Shown in pieces: positions 1-11,410 of a stretch of 64,000 nt of DNA. The DNA lies in the NCBI RefSeq assembly GCF_044324785.1, contig NZ_CP172127.1; one strand, 5' to 3'. The notes below the pieces were generated by a model. That model was given only the letters and a program-made list of their open reading frames with translations. It did no database searches and had not been told where the DNA came from. The DNA comes from Escherichia coli (GTDB lineage: Bacteria; Pseudomonadota; Gammaproteobacteria; Enterobacterales; Enterobacteriaceae). Every line of letters starts with the position of its first letter. Position 1 is the first letter of the stretch. Made by a program: the position numbers and the translations under genes.

Positions 1-1359
1 CTTCACCAGATCAGCATGATGCTGATAGCCATTAAAGAAGACGTTCAGCACAACGGCGCTAAGGGTTGCGAGCATAATGCCGCTATGCAGCAACGGTTGC
101 AGTACGGCCGGTAACTTAGAAAAGAAATCGTGAGAGAGCGTCGGAGTCATGCCAACGCCGAGACTGATCGCTACAATATAGAGGTTGTAACGGTTAGTGG
201 TGTAGTTACAGCGCGACAGAATTCGAATCCCTGTCGCCAGTACCATGCCGAACATCACCAGCCCAGCGCCGCCCAGCACAAATTGCGGAATGGAGGCGAC
301 CAGCACCGCCATTTTTGGCACCATGCCAAACAGGATTAATATAATTCCCGAAGAAATACACACCCAGCGGCTATGAACGCGCGTCACGCTAACCAGGCCA
401 ACGTTTTGTGAAAATGACGTGTGGGGGAAGCTGTTAAACGTTCCGCCTATCATTGTTCCTACGCCATCGACACGCAGCCCGCGAATAATATCGTGTGAAG
501 AGAGTTTACGACCGACTATTTCACCCAGTGCCAGGAACATCCCCATCGACTCGATAAACACGATGATTAACACGGCAGTCATGGTCAGAATGGAAACGGG
601 ATCGAAAATCGGCATACCAAATGACATCGGCGTGACAATCGCAAACCATGAAGCATCATGTAGCCCGGATAAATTGACTTCATTCATCATCCACGAAAGT
701 AAAAAGCCAAATACAATCCCCAGTAATACGGCGACGTTGGACATAAATCCTTTCGCATAGCGAGTAATGAGCAAGATAAAAATTAAGACGGCAAAGGAGA
801 TCCCCAAATAAACGGGATTACCATATTGCGGATTCCCTTTACCTCCGGCGGCCCAGTCAATACCCACCTGAATGATGCTAAGTCCGATAGAAGTAATAAC
901 CACACCGGTAACCAGTGGCGGGAATAAAGGCATCAAGCGACCGATAAGTGGCGCTAATAATGTGGTGATAAAACCCGCGGCGATAGTGGCACCAAATATC
1001 CCCAGCAGGCCGATATCCGGGTTCATCCCAATGGCTATCATTGGTGTTACAGCGGCGAAGGTCACCGACATAATCACCGGCAGGCGGATCCCCATAAAGC
1101 GGCCGATACCGATACATTGCAATAATGTGACGATTCCGCAGCAAAAGAGATCCGAGCTAATGAGCATCGCAATAGCTTCTTTTGAGAGGCCCAGTCGGTC
1201 ACCAATCATAAGAGGAACAGCGACTGCACCTGCGTACATGACAAGGACGTGTTGCAGACCGAGTATGATCAGCTTTCCTGGTGATAATATGCGGTCAACC
1301 TCATCAGTTGGGCGGTCTTGCCCTGAAGATGAGGAAAGTTGGGAATCTATGGCGCTCAT
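1..1359 (-). CDS. uacT: NCS2-family nucleobase (uric acid/xanthine-type) permease; C-terminus runs off the window start
   Basis: Minus-strand ORF with ATG at 1359 preceded by a GGAG-type RBS; translation MSAIDSQLSSSSGQ... is a multi-TM permease of the nucleobase:cation symporter-2 type. Position next to ygfT matches E. coli K-12 synteny. Not in the ORF track because it is truncated by the window edge. Confidence 0.8.
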   Translation of the reverse strand, partial: MSAIDSQLSSSSGQDRPTDEVDRILSPGKLIILGLQHVLVMYAGAVAVPLMIGDRLGLSKEAIAMLISSDLFCCGIVTLLQCIGIGRFMGIRLPVIMSVTFAAVTPMIAIGMNPDIGLLGIFGATIAAGFITTLLAPLIGRLMPLFPPLVTGVVITSIGLSIIQVGIDWAAGGKGNPQYGNPVYLGISFAVLIFILLITRYAKGFMSNVAVLLGIVFGFLLSWMMNEVNLSGLHDASWFAIVTPMSFGMPIFDPVSILTMTAVLIIVFIESMGMFLALGEIVGRKLSSHDIIRGLRVDGVGTMIGGTFNSFPHTSFSQNVGLVSVTRVHSRWVCISSGIILILFGMVPKMAVLVASIPQFVLGGAGLVMFGMVLATGIRILSRCNYTTNRYNLYIVAISLGVGMTPTLSHDFFSKLPAVLQPLLHSGIMLATLSAVVLNVFFNGYQHHADLVK

Positions 1360-1794
1360 CAGTGTTTCTCCTTTCGCCCGCCAGAGTAAAAAGCAACCGT
1401 TTACGTTAATGAAACTGTCTAAACACATGCTCGTGGAGTGCCAGTTTTTGCGAGGAAGGGGAGTTAGAGACAGGAATTGCGGAGGCAATCACATAATCGT
1501 GGTTAAACCACGAAAATGAGAAGAGAACCTGACAATGGAATTATCTGTAATTTTCTCATATTGATATTTCATTAATCATTCTGGCATGTCGCACTCTCGC
1601 TTTTAATCGTTTTTATCTGGATAGCGCTCTTTTGGTCGGCAATGTTGAAATAATGAAAGCGGCACAGATTGAGGGGCAATAATTTGAACTCAGTCGCAAA
1701 ATTATAATTAAAACGGTCATGCTACCTAATATATGCCCGTTTATTGCATCGCGAAATTTGAGAAGACATAACTCATTAAATGAAAGGGATGCAA

Positions 1795-3714
1795 ATGAAT
1801 AAGTTTATCGCTGCTGAAGCTGCGGAATGTATAGGCTGTCATGCTTGTGAAATTGCCTGTGCGGTGGCACATAATCAAGAAAACTGGCCGCTGAGTCACA
1901 GTGACTTTCGACCGCGTATCCACGTTGTAGGGAAAGGCCAGGCTGCGAATCCGGTGGCCTGCCATCACTGCAACAATGCTCCTTGCGTTACGGCTTGTCC
2001 GGTTAATGCTCTGACTTTCCAGCCCGATAGCGTACAACTGGACGAGCAAAAATGTATTGGTTGTAAAAGATGCGCAATCGCTTGCCCCTTTGGCGTCGTT
2101 GAGATGGTCGATACGATTGCGCAGAAATGCGACCTTTGTAACCAGCGCAGTTCCGGCACGCAAGCCTGTATTGAAGTCTGCCCAACACAGGCGTTACGGC
2201 TGATGGACGATAAAGGGTTGCAGCAGATAAAGGTGGCCCGCCAGCGCAAAACGGCAGCAGGAAAAGCGTCATCAGACGCTCAGCCATCTCGCAGTGCAGC
2301 GTTGCTCCCCGTTAACTCGCGTAAAGGCGCAGATAAAATTTCAGCGAGTGAACGGAAAACCCACTTTGGCGAAATTTATTGCGGGCTGGATCCACAACAA
2401 GCGACTTTTGAGAGTGACCGCTGTGTTTATTGCGCCGAAAAAGCTAACTGCAACTGGCATTGCCCGCTGCATAACGCTATTCCGGATTACATCCGTCTGG
2501 TGCAGGAAGGAAAGATTATTGAAGCGGCAGAACTTTGCCACCAGACCAGTTCCTTGCCAGAAATCTGCGGCAGAGTTTGCCCACAGGACCGTCTTTGTGA
2601 AGGCGCATGTACTTTGAAAGATCACTCTGGCGCAGTCTCTATCGGGAATCTGGAACGCTACATCACCGATACCGCGCTGGCGATGGGCTGGCGTCCCGAT
2701 GTCAGCAAAGTTGTTCCCCGTAGCGAAAAAGTGGCGGTGATTGGCGCAGGGCCTGCAGGGTTAGGGTGTGCTGATATTCTGGCGCGCGCAGGAGTTCAGG
2801 TTGATGTCTTTGATCGCCATCCAGAAATTGGCGGTATGCTGACTTTTGGCATACCTCCTTTCAAACTCGATAAAACGGTATTAAGCCAGCGGCGAGAGAT
2901 ATTCACCGCAATGGGAATCGACTTTCATCTTAACTGTGAAATTGGCCGCGATATTACCTTTAGCGATTTAACTTCTGAATATGATGCAGTTTTCATCGGC
3001 GTGGGGACTTACGGGATGATGCGAGCAGATCTGCCGCATGAAGATGCGCCCGGTGTCATTCAGGCTCTACCGTTCCTGACTGCCCATACCCGCCAGCTCA
3101 TGGGGTTGCCGGAGTCTGAAGAGTATCCGCTGACGGATGTGGAAGGTAAGCGAGTCGTGGTATTGGGCGGTGGCGATACGACCATGGATTGTTTGCGGAC
3201 TTCCATCCGCCTCAATGCCGCCAGCGTGACCTGCGCGTATCGTCGTGATGAAGTCAGTATGCCGGGCTCGCGCAAAGAGGTGGTCAATGCGCGCGAGGAA
3301 GGTGTTGAGTTTCAGTTCAATGTTCAGCCGCAATATATCGCTTGTGACGAAGATGGGCGTTTAACTGCGGTGGGCCTGATTCGTACAGCCATGGGTGAGC
3401 CGGGGCCGGATGGTCGCCGTCGTCCTCGTCCGGTAGCGGGTTCAGAATTTGAATTGCCCGCCGATGTTCTGATTATGGCCTTTGGTTTCCAGGCGCATGC
3501 CATGCCGTGGTTGCAGGGCAGCGGAATTAAACTCGATAAATGGGGCCTGATTCAAACCGGTGACGTTGGGTATTTACCTACCCAGACGCATCTGAAAAAA
3601 GTCTTTGCTGGTGGTGATGCAGTTCATGGCGCGGATCTGGTTGTCACTGCAATGGCCGCAGGAAGGCAGGCGGCGCGCGATATGTTAACTCTGTTTGATA
3701 CGAAGGCATCGTGA
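1795..3714 (+). CDS. ygfT: Fe-S / FAD-NAD(P)-binding oxidoreductase (glutamate synthase small-subunit-like with N-terminal ferredoxin domain)
   Basis: ORF 1780..3714; Cys clusters [11 protein letters not shown] and CxxCxxC..CP (4Fe-4S) followed by GAGPAGL dinucleotide-binding motif. Start placed at the third ATG (MNKF..., 639 aa, RBS aaaggga) to match the known length; 1780 is an alternative. Confidence 0.85.
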   Translation: MNKFIAAEAAECIGCHACEIACAVAHNQENWPLSHSDFRPRIHVVGKGQAANPVACHHCNNAPCVTACPVNALTFQPDSVQLDEQKCIGCKRCAIACPFGVVEMVDTIAQKCDLCNQRSSGTQACIEVCPTQALRLMDDKGLQQIKVARQRKTAAGKASSDAQPSRSAALLPVNSRKGADKISASERKTHFGEIYCGLDPQQATFESDRCVYCAEKANCNWHCPLHNAIPDYIRLVQEGKIIEAAELCHQTSSLPEICGRVCPQDRLCEGACTLKDHSGAVSIGNLERYITDTALAMGWRPDVSKVVPRSEKVAVIGAGPAGLGCADILARAGVQVDVFDRHPEIGGMLTFGIPPFKLDKTVLSQRREIFTAMGIDFHLNCEIGRDITFSDLTSEYDAVFIGVGTYGMMRADLPHEDAPGVIQALPFLTAHTRQLMGLPESEEYPLTDVEGKRVVVLGGGDTTMDCLRTSIRLNAASVTCAYRRDEVSMPGSRKEVVNAREEGVEFQFNVQPQYIACDEDGRLTAVGLIRTAMGEPGPDGRRRPRPVAGSEFELPADVLIMAFGFQAHAMPWLQGSGIKLDKWGLIQTGDVGYLPTQTHLKKVFAGGDAVHGADLVVTAMAAGRQAARDMLTLFDTKAS

Positions 3715-4202
3715 TGAAATCGTTAATTATCGTTAATCCGGCTGACTGTATTGGCTGCCGTACTTGTGAAGTGGCCTGTGTGGTCGCTCACCCTTCAGAA
3801 CAGGAGTTGAATGCCGATGTCTTTTTACCCCGGCTGAAGGTACAGCGACTGGACTGCATCAGTGCGCCGGTGATGTGCCATCAGTGTGAAAACGCCCCTT
3901 GTGTTGGCGCTTGCCCCGTGGGAGCGCTGACGATGGGCGAGCAGGTGGTGCAGGCCAATTCTGCCCGTTGTATTGGCTGTCAGAGTTGCGTCAGTGCGTG
4001 CCCGTTTGGGATGATAACCATTCAGTCGTTGCCGGGGGATACCCGGCAACAAATTGTGAAATGCGATCTCTGTGAACAGCGGGAAGAGGGGCCTGCCTGC
4101 GTTGAATCTTGCCCGACACAGGCGCTGCAGTTGCTTACTGAAAGAGAACTCAGGCGAGTCCGCCAGCAGCGTATTGTTGCCAGCGGTGAGAATCCTCTCT
4201 GA
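3711..4202 (+). CDS. ygfS: 4Fe-4S ferredoxin-type protein
   Basis: 163 aa with four CxxCxxCxxxCP-type cysteine clusters; start overlaps ygfT stop (ATGA), consistent with a ygfST operon. Confidence 0.85.
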   Translation: MMKSLIIVNPADCIGCRTCEVACVVAHPSEQELNADVFLPRLKVQRLDCISAPVMCHQCENAPCVGACPVGALTMGEQVVQANSARCIGCQSCVSACPFGMITIQSLPGDTRQQIVKCDLCEQREEGPACVESCPTQALQLLTERELRRVRQQRIVASGENPL

Positions 4203-4209
4203 AAGAAAT

Positions 4210-4231
4210 CTCCGCGCTGAAAGGCGCGGAG
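4210..4231. terminator. Hairpin between convergent ygfS and ghxQ (probable bidirectional terminator)
   Basis: Inverted repeat ctccgcgc-tgaaag-gcgcggag; T-rich run on the minus-strand side (end of the ygfK-ghxQ operon). Confidence 0.5.
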
Positions 4232-4237
4232 AATCTA

Positions 4238-5605
4238 TTAGATTGCCCAACCACCCGCGTAAAATGCGACCAGTGCGGCAGTAATGATCACCGTACCAAT
4301 ATTCAGCTTTTGCCATTCGCGTGCAAAGACGCGGCCTACGACCAGTGTCACAAAGCCCAGCATAATACCGGTAACGATATTACAAGTCAGAACGATGAAC
4401 ACGGCACACACCAGGCCAGCCATAGCGTCAATAAAATCATTGAAATCCAGCTTCGAGACGTTACTTAACATCAGCAAACCTACGTACATCAGAGCGGGTG
4501 CAGTGGCGTAACCAGGGATCAAAAATGACAGCGGTGATAAGAACAAAATCAGCAGGAATAACGCCCCCACTACGGTTGCGGTCAACCCTGTTTTACCCCC
4601 GGCGGCGGTTCCTGCCGCTGATTCGATATAAACCGCTGCGGGCGCTGCGCCCACCAGGCCGGAGAATATTGAACTTACTGAGTCACTGGTCAGGGCTTTG
4701 CCGCCGTTGATGATCTGGTTGTCTTTATCCAACAAATTCGCCTGACCGGCGACGGCACGGATGGTGCCAGTGGCGTCGAACACTGCGGTCATCACCAATG
4801 CTAGTACACTCGGAAGTACAGTTGGCTGGAGTGCGCCCATAATATCGAGGCTGAAAATCAGAGACTTACCATCTTCGCCAGTCAGGCTTGGCATCGCCAC
4901 CAGACCGTGGTATTTCACCGCTGGATCAAAGATTAAGCCGATGATCGAGATGGCAATAATCACCAACAAGATCCCGCCGGGTACGCGGCACTTTTCCAGA
5001 CCGAAGATGACCGCCAGCCCCAGCAAGCTCATCATCACCGGGAAGGAGGTAAACGCACCGAGCGCCACCGGCAAGCCTTCAATCGGGTTTTTGATAACCA
5101 TTCCCACACCGTTAGCAGCAATCAGCAGCAGAAACAGGCCGATACCGATACCTGTACCGTGAGCGATACCCATGGGCAAATTACGTAAGATCCAGGTACG
5201 CACACCGGTTACGGAAATGGCGGTGAAGATGACGCCCATCAGAAAGACCGCGCCCAGTGCGACAGGAACGCTAATTTGTTGCCCGAGTACCAGACTGAAT
5301 GCGGTAAACGCCGTCAAGGAAATCGCGCAACCAATCGCCATTGGCAAATTGGCCCATAACCCCATCAGCAACGAGCCGAAGCCCGCGACCAGACAGGTGG
5401 CAACAAACACAGCTGCGGGAGGAAAACCTGCTTTGCCCAGCATTCCCGGAACGACGATAACGGAATAAACCATGGCCAGAAAGGTCGTTAAGCCAGCCAG
5501 TACTTCCTGACGAACGGTACTGCCACGAGCGGTAATTTTAAAATAATTATCCAGCGCGCCCTGTGGCTTTGGTGCGTCCGGTGTTTGTAGGATGTCTCCA
5601 GACAT
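4238..5605 (-). CDS. ghxQ: Guanine/hypoxanthine permease (NCS2/AzgA family)
   Basis: 455 aa multi-TM protein; length and synteny match K-12 ghxQ (ygfQ). Confidence 0.85.
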   Translation of the reverse strand: MSGDILQTPDAPKPQGALDNYFKITARGSTVRQEVLAGLTTFLAMVYSVIVVPGMLGKAGFPPAAVFVATCLVAGFGSLLMGLWANLPMAIGCAISLTAFTAFSLVLGQQISVPVALGAVFLMGVIFTAISVTGVRTWILRNLPMGIAHGTGIGIGLFLLLIAANGVGMVIKNPIEGLPVALGAFTSFPVMMSLLGLAVIFGLEKCRVPGGILLVIIAISIIGLIFDPAVKYHGLVAMPSLTGEDGKSLIFSLDIMGALQPTVLPSVLALVMTAVFDATGTIRAVAGQANLLDKDNQIINGGKALTSDSVSSIFSGLVGAAPAAVYIESAAGTAAGGKTGLTATVVGALFLLILFLSPLSFLIPGYATAPALMYVGLLMLSNVSKLDFNDFIDAMAGLVCAVFIVLTCNIVTGIMLGFVTLVVGRVFAREWQKLNIGTVIITAALVAFYAGGWAI

Positions 5606-5640
5606 AATGATGTCCTCACGAGGATGTTAAAGTTTTATTA

Positions 5641-6960
5641 TTAGTTGCGTTCGTACACCAGACGACCATCAACGTAGGTGCGGTAGATCGAACGGTCATC
5701 GCCCAACGTCATCATCACGAACAATTTGTCGACTAAAGAAACAGAGTTGTCATAGCGCAGCTGCTGTAGCGGAGTGGCGGTGGGTTCCATCACCACGAAA
5801 TCAGCCTCTTTGCCAGGTAAAAAGTTGCCAATCAAATCGTCAAGGCCCAGAGATTTCGCTCCGCCGAGCGTGGCCAGGTAAAATGCTTCATATGCCGAGA
5901 GGCGATAGCCTTGTAGTTGCAACACTTTGTAGGCTTCGTTTAGCGTTTGCAGCATGTTGAAAGTTGTTCCGGCACCGATATCCGTTCCCATGCCCACTTT
6001 GACTTTCTTCTGCCATGCTTTTTTCAAGTTGAATAAGCCGCTGCCGAGGTAAAGGTTGGAGGTCGGACAGAAAGCAATGCTGGATTTGGTTTCGCTGAGA
6101 CGATCCCACTCTTTTTCTTCGAGATGGACGCAGTGAGCAAAGACACAGTTTTTACCTGTCAGGCCATACTGGTGATAAACATCCAGATAGCCATCATGTT
6201 CAGGATAAAGTTCTTTCACCCAGGCAATTTCATCTTTGTTTTCACAGAGATGGGTATGTACCCACGTATCCGGATATTCTTCTTTCAGGCGTTGCGCCAT
6301 CGCCATCTGTTCAGGTGACGATGTTGGGGCGAAGCGTGGTGTAATGGCATATAACAGACGGCCATTTTTATGCCAGCGTTCGATCAGTTCTTTGCTTTGG
6401 TGATAGCTACTTTCCGCCGTGTCGAGCAGATAATCTGGCGCATTACGGTCCATCATCACTTTACCGGCAATCATTCGCATATTGATATGACTGGCGGCTT
6501 CAAACAACGCATCCACAGATTGTGGATGAACCGTACCAAACACCAGTGCCGTAGTCGTACCGTTACGTAAAAGCTGCTTGATGAAGAACGCCGACATTTC
6601 GCGGGCGTACTCTAAATCCTCATAACGACGTTCAGTAGGGAAGGTGTGTTTATTCAACCACTCCAGCAATTGCTCACCATAGGCTCCCACCATTTCACTT
6701 TGCGGATAATGGATATGTGTATCGACAAAGCCCGGTACTATCAGTTTGCCGCGATAGTCGCGCACGCGAATGGTGTCAGGAATTTGATGCTTTCCGTTTT
6801 CCCATTCGCCAAACCATTCCACTTTTCCCTGTTTAATAAGTAATAAACCATCCTCAATAAACCGCAGCGCAGAGGCAATCTCTTCCGGGTTATCGACCGT
6901 ACGGGTGACATCAATAAAACTGCCTCGTACCGCTTTTAACGTGTGTTCTCCTGACATCAT
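5641..6960 (-). CDS. guaD: Guanine deaminase (amidohydrolase superfamily)
   Basis: ORF 5641..7080 trimmed to the internal ATG (MMSGEHTLKAVRGSFIDV..., 439 aa) with AAGGAG RBS; amidohydrolase metal-binding HxH pattern. Confidence 0.85.
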   Translation of the reverse strand: MMSGEHTLKAVRGSFIDVTRTVDNPEEIASALRFIEDGLLLIKQGKVEWFGEWENGKHQIPDTIRVRDYRGKLIVPGFVDTHIHYPQSEMVGAYGEQLLEWLNKHTFPTERRYEDLEYAREMSAFFIKQLLRNGTTTALVFGTVHPQSVDALFEAASHINMRMIAGKVMMDRNAPDYLLDTAESSYHQSKELIERWHKNGRLLYAITPRFAPTSSPEQMAMAQRLKEEYPDTWVHTHLCENKDEIAWVKELYPEHDGYLDVYHQYGLTGKNCVFAHCVHLEEKEWDRLSETKSSIAFCPTSNLYLGSGLFNLKKAWQKKVKVGMGTDIGAGTTFNMLQTLNEAYKVLQLQGYRLSAYEAFYLATLGGAKSLGLDDLIGNFLPGKEADFVVMEPTATPLQQLRYDNSVSLVDKLFVMMTLGDDRSIYRTYVDGRLVYERN

Positions 6961-6974
6961 TGACTCCTTTACTG

Positions 6975-8375
6975 TTAATCCATCTCTTCCGCTGAGGTAA
7001 TACCAGGCAGAACGTTTTCCTGTCGGTAGCCACCAGGGAGGATAATATTTAATAAAATCGCAGTTAACCCGCCAGCACAAATAGGGTTTTCAACTAGTAC
7101 ATAAATAGAGGCTGGCAATATTTTAAAAATTTCGGGATCGTAGGAGACGCCAAGCCCTAAACCTAAAGAAGTGGCGACAATAAGTGTTTCTCGGCGCTTT
7201 AAACCGTTGGTGATGATGATGCGAATCCCTGCGATGGCAATCATGGAAAACATCAACGTCATTGCGCCTCCCAGAACTGCCGAGGGAATGGTCGTGAAGA
7301 AGCCGCCAATCATCGGAAACAAACCGAGGATAACCAGCATTACCGCGATGGTTCGCCCGACATAACGTGAAGCGACGCCAGTCATCTGAATAACCCCATT
7401 ATTTTGCGCAAACGTGGTTAAGGGTAATGAACCGACAGCGGAGGCGATAACAGAAACCAGACCATCTGCCAGCACGCCGCCTTTCAGTCGGGACTGATAC
7501 TCTTCCCCCTGAATGGGGCGGCGAGAAACCATTGCCGTGGCGGTGATATCGCCGACAGCTTCCAGCACGCTAAGCAAATAAATCGTGCCAACCACCAGGA
7601 ACTGATGGAAGCTGAAACTAAACCCGTATTTGAACGGATGCGGGATGGTGATTAACGGCAAATTGCGCATACTGCTGAAATCCACCATACCCAGGCATAA
7701 CGACGCGATATAACCGACGCATAGCCCAATGGCGATCCCTCCCATGCGTAGCAACGGACTGCGACAGCAGTTAAAGCCGATCACCACAATCAAAACCAAT
7801 AAACCAACGCCGAGATGTTCGTAATTGCCGAACGTACCGCTGCTTTTGGCTGCAAATCCTCCACCAAAATCGATAATGCCGACTTTAATCAGGCTTAAGC
7901 CGATCATCAGTACCACAATACCGCTGACAGTAGGCGTAATAACCCGACGTAAATAGGGCAGGATAAAAGAAGAGCCGACAACCAGAAATGCGCCAACGAA
8001 GGAGACGCCGAAGAGCGACGACATGATTAACTCTTCGTGAAAACCGTCGCTTTTCATGCTGCTGCCCAGCGCAATCATGACCGTAACAAATGAAAAATTG
8101 ACTGACTGAATTGAGAGAAGACCAGAACCGACGATGCCGTAGCGGTTTACTTGTAACCAGGTACCAATACCAGAGGCGATCATCGCCATAGAAACCAGAT
8201 AAGCGGTTGTTTCAGCGGAAAGCTGTAAGGCCGCACCCACGATTAACGCGGGGGTTACCATCGGAACGAAAATTGCCAACAGATGGGTAATGGCACCAAC
8301 GAGAGCCTGATGAAAGGGAGGGCGATCCTCCAGTTCAAATATAAGGTCAGAACCTGCATGGTTTATATCAGACAT
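6975..8375 (-). CDS. xanQ: Xanthine permease (NCS2 family)
   Basis: ORF 6975..8588 trimmed to MSDINHAGSDLIFELEDRPPF... (466 aa) with AAGGAG RBS; multi-TM permease. Confidence 0.85.
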   Translation of the reverse strand: MSDINHAGSDLIFELEDRPPFHQALVGAITHLLAIFVPMVTPALIVGAALQLSAETTAYLVSMAMIASGIGTWLQVNRYGIVGSGLLSIQSVNFSFVTVMIALGSSMKSDGFHEELIMSSLFGVSFVGAFLVVGSSFILPYLRRVITPTVSGIVVLMIGLSLIKVGIIDFGGGFAAKSSGTFGNYEHLGVGLLVLIVVIGFNCCRSPLLRMGGIAIGLCVGYIASLCLGMVDFSSMRNLPLITIPHPFKYGFSFSFHQFLVVGTIYLLSVLEAVGDITATAMVSRRPIQGEEYQSRLKGGVLADGLVSVIASAVGSLPLTTFAQNNGVIQMTGVASRYVGRTIAVMLVILGLFPMIGGFFTTIPSAVLGGAMTLMFSMIAIAGIRIIITNGLKRRETLIVATSLGLGLGVSYDPEIFKILPASIYVLVENPICAGGLTAILLNIILPGGYRQENVLPGITSAEEMD

Positions 8376-8539
8376 CCCTTCACTCCTTTTAAAGTAAATT
8401 TGATCATCTGAATCAGTAAAATAAATTCCCACGAATTTGGGGCGCAGGACGCCTTGAGAACGGCTTATCTCATTTTCGCAGTCACTATTTAGTCGTCGTT
8501 CAAACAGAGAAACAGGCCGCCGAAGCGGCCATTTATTAT

Positions 8540-11410
8540 TTATATTTTTTCTAGCGCGGTGAGTATTTTCTCCGGTGTGAAATGCCATTCGCGTAACCAG
8601 ATGCCGCAGGCATCGTGAATTGCGGTAGCAATCGCCGGAGCTGCGCCATTTACACCGATTTCCGAGATCGATTTCGCCCCGAACGGGCCGACTTTATCGT
8701 CGCTCGGCACCAGCACAGCGCGGAAATCACGCGGAATGTCACCAATTTTCGGTGCGCCGTAACTGCGTAAATCACGCGTTAACGGGTGACCTTCGGCGTC
8801 ATAAATGATCTCTTCGCTCATACTGTGGCCGATAGCTCGCAGGGTAGCACCGTAGATTTGTCCCAATGCTAATTCCGGGTTGACCGGTGTACCGCAGTCC
8901 AGCAAGGCGTAGAATTTATCCAGGCGGATTTCACCCGTACGCGTATTGACGGCAACTTCAGCGAAGTTCGCGCCATACGGGAAGGCGAAATCAGGCGTGA
9001 TATAACTGCCAGTTCCCACCAGTGAACCAAAGCCGGTGCCGGTTTCGCCTTTATGGGCAATATCCCCGAAACTAACTTCGCCTTTCTTGCCGCGAACGAC
9101 GCCCGGCGTTGCTAGTTGAACATCTGCCACTGGCTCACCCAACATTTGTGCACCGTGGAACAGAATTTTCTCCCGCAGATTTTCTGCTGCCAAACGCGCC
9201 GCGTTACCCGAGAAGCAAGTACCGGACGAGGCATATGCGCCTTTATCAAACAACGCATGATCGGTATCACCGGAGATAACATGCACGTCCTGCGGTGGGC
9301 AGTGCAGCACTTCTGCTGCCAGTTTCGTCACCACAGTATCCAAACCAGTACCAATATCCGCACCGCCAGAATGAACGATAAAGGTGCCGTCCGATTCCAG
9401 TTTGATCATGCAGTTAGCCTGATCGATATCCGGGATCCCTGATTTCTGCATGATAATGGCGACGCCACGACCGATGTGCCAGTCACCGTTTTGTGGTTTT
9501 GGTGAAGACCATTGGATCATCTCGCGACCCTGACGCAGGATCTCTTCCAGTGCGCAGCTGGCGGCGGAAGGAACGGAGGTCGGCGCTTTACCTTCACCGA
9601 TTGCACCGAGAATTTTCAGCTCTTGCCCTTCGTGTACCCGGTTACGTTCGATAATTTCCAGTTGGTCGATCTGTAACTGTTCAGCCAGTTCCGCTAATGC
9701 CATGGTGATAGCGAAGTTACCTTTCGGTGCGCCATAACCCTGATAAGCACCATTTGGGCAAATGTTGCTGTAGTAGGTGGTGACCTGAAAATCGACGTTA
9801 TCGCACGGATATAACGGCAGCGACAGCGCCGGTCCGTTACACGGTACGGTGAGTGAGTGGTTGCCGTAAGGGCCAGTGTTGGCGCGGAAATCCATCTTCA
9901 CTGCCGTCAGGCGACCATCTTTTTTCGCTCCCAGTTTGACGGTGACTTTCGCGACGTGACGAGAGGTGTTAGCAATAAACTCTTCTTCACGGGTGTAGCG
10001 GAACAGTACCGGACGCCCGGTCACGCAGGTTGCCCAGGCGCACACTTCTTCCAGCAGGATGTCCTGTTTGGAACCAAAACCGCCGCCAACTCGCTCTTTA
10101 ATGACATGAACTTTATGCTGTTTCATGCCCACGAGGCGCGCGACCTGGCGGCGTAAGTGCCATGGTACCTGGGTGGAGGCGTGGATAACCAGACGATCGC
10201 CGTCCATACGGGTAAAGCAGATATGAGTTTCAGTCGGGCACTGCTGCGCCTGCGTTGAGTTATAGGTTCGCTCAATGATCACATCGGCATCGGCAAAGCC
10301 TTTGTCCATATCGCCGATATGACCATGAATACTGGCGGCGATATTTTTACGGGGGCGAGAACCGATCGGGAAGTTGATGATCATATGCTCGCCGCGCTGG
10401 GCTGCATGGCTGTTATCGTCTTCCAGAGTATCTGGCGCACCAGCAACATACACCACCGGTTCATCGTGCACGACAGGCGCATCTTCCGCCATTGCTTCGT
10501 CGATCGACATTACAGGTTTAAGCACTTCATATTCAACGTCGATGAGCTTCAGTGCTTCGAGCGCAATTTCTTCACTTTCTGCGACGACCGCAGCAACGCG
10601 ATCGCCGACGTGACGCATTTTCTTGCCGAACATACGGCGGTCAAGCGGTGACGGTTCCGGTGCGCTCTGACCGCCCGGGGTATAGTAGATATCCGGGCAA
10701 TTCAGGTGAGTAATAACGTGAACAACGCCCGGTAAGGCTTCAGCTTTGCTGACATCCAGATGAGTAATCAGTGCGTGAGCGTGTGGGCTACGTAACATTT
10801 TAATGACGCAGGCGTCAGCCGTTACGCGGTCTTCAACATAGCAGGGTTTCGCCTGCACCATTTTCGCGGCATCAGTTTTAGGATAATGCTTACCAATGAC
10901 TTCAAGGTCATCGCGGAAAGTTGGAGCTATATCAATGGTGGCCTGCGGATTATTTTTACGTGCAACCGCCAGTTCAATGACCTGATAGTATTGTTGCCAG
11001 CCTGCATCGCGGCTGAACAAACCAGAAAGCGCGTCGTCGATCTCTTCGCGGGTCGGTGCGGCAATGCGATCGAGAAGATCGGTGATAATCAGAGCCGCAG
11101 CTGGATCGTTATAACCAGACTGCACCACGCCAACATCAACCATTGCCTGTTGAACCAGACTTAACTCGTTCCATTTGCCCAGAGACTCTGCGGTACGAAT
11201 ATCTGCCTTCTCTAACTGTGCGGCGATAAGCAAGGACGCGTTAACGATATTACCGTTACAGATAATTGCGTCAGAACCGGCAAACCCGAATCCATCATCG
11301 CTGTTGCGTACAGAGTGCATTCCCATGTTAAACAACAGCTTTTGCACGTTTTCGCCTGGATTAACGGTTAGCTCCTGAGGCGCGCCATTTAAAGTAAAGT
11401 GGATGATCAT
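8540..11410 (-). CDS. xdhD: Molybdenum-containing hydroxylase, fused [2Fe-2S] and Mo-cofactor-binding subunit (xanthine dehydrogenase family)
   Basis: 956 aa; N-terminal 2Fe-2S cysteine pattern and aldehyde oxidase/xanthine dehydrogenase-like body; length and synteny match K-12 xdhD. Confidence 0.85.
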   Translation of the reverse strand: MIIHFTLNGAPQELTVNPGENVQKLLFNMGMHSVRNSDDGFGFAGSDAIICNGNIVNASLLIAAQLEKADIRTAESLGKWNELSLVQQAMVDVGVVQSGYNDPAAALIITDLLDRIAAPTREEIDDALSGLFSRDAGWQQYYQVIELAVARKNNPQATIDIAPTFRDDLEVIGKHYPKTDAAKMVQAKPCYVEDRVTADACVIKMLRSPHAHALITHLDVSKAEALPGVVHVITHLNCPDIYYTPGGQSAPEPSPLDRRMFGKKMRHVGDRVAAVVAESEEIALEALKLIDVEYEVLKPVMSIDEAMAEDAPVVHDEPVVYVAGAPDTLEDDNSHAAQRGEHMIINFPIGSRPRKNIAASIHGHIGDMDKGFADADVIIERTYNSTQAQQCPTETHICFTRMDGDRLVIHASTQVPWHLRRQVARLVGMKQHKVHVIKERVGGGFGSKQDILLEEVCAWATCVTGRPVLFRYTREEEFIANTSRHVAKVTVKLGAKKDGRLTAVKMDFRANTGPYGNHSLTVPCNGPALSLPLYPCDNVDFQVTTYYSNICPNGAYQGYGAPKGNFAITMALAELAEQLQIDQLEIIERNRVHEGQELKILGAIGEGKAPTSVPSAASCALEEILRQGREMIQWSSPKPQNGDWHIGRGVAIIMQKSGIPDIDQANCMIKLESDGTFIVHSGGADIGTGLDTVVTKLAAEVLHCPPQDVHVISGDTDHALFDKGAYASSGTCFSGNAARLAAENLREKILFHGAQMLGEPVADVQLATPGVVRGKKGEVSFGDIAHKGETGTGFGSLVGTGSYITPDFAFPYGANFAEVAVNTRTGEIRLDKFYALLDCGTPVNPELALGQIYGATLRAIGHSMSEEIIYDAEGHPLTRDLRSYGAPKIGDIPRDFRAVLVPSDDKVGPFGAKSISEIGVNGAAPAIATAIHDACGIWLREWHFTPEKILTALEKI

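Noticed and set aside
5641-8588. Long N-terminal extensions of guaD (479 aa) and xanQ (537 aa) in the ORF track
   Set aside because: The extensions lack RBSs, overlap the upstream gene and are not protein-like; internal ATGs with AAGGAG RBSs give the expected 439- and 466-aa products.
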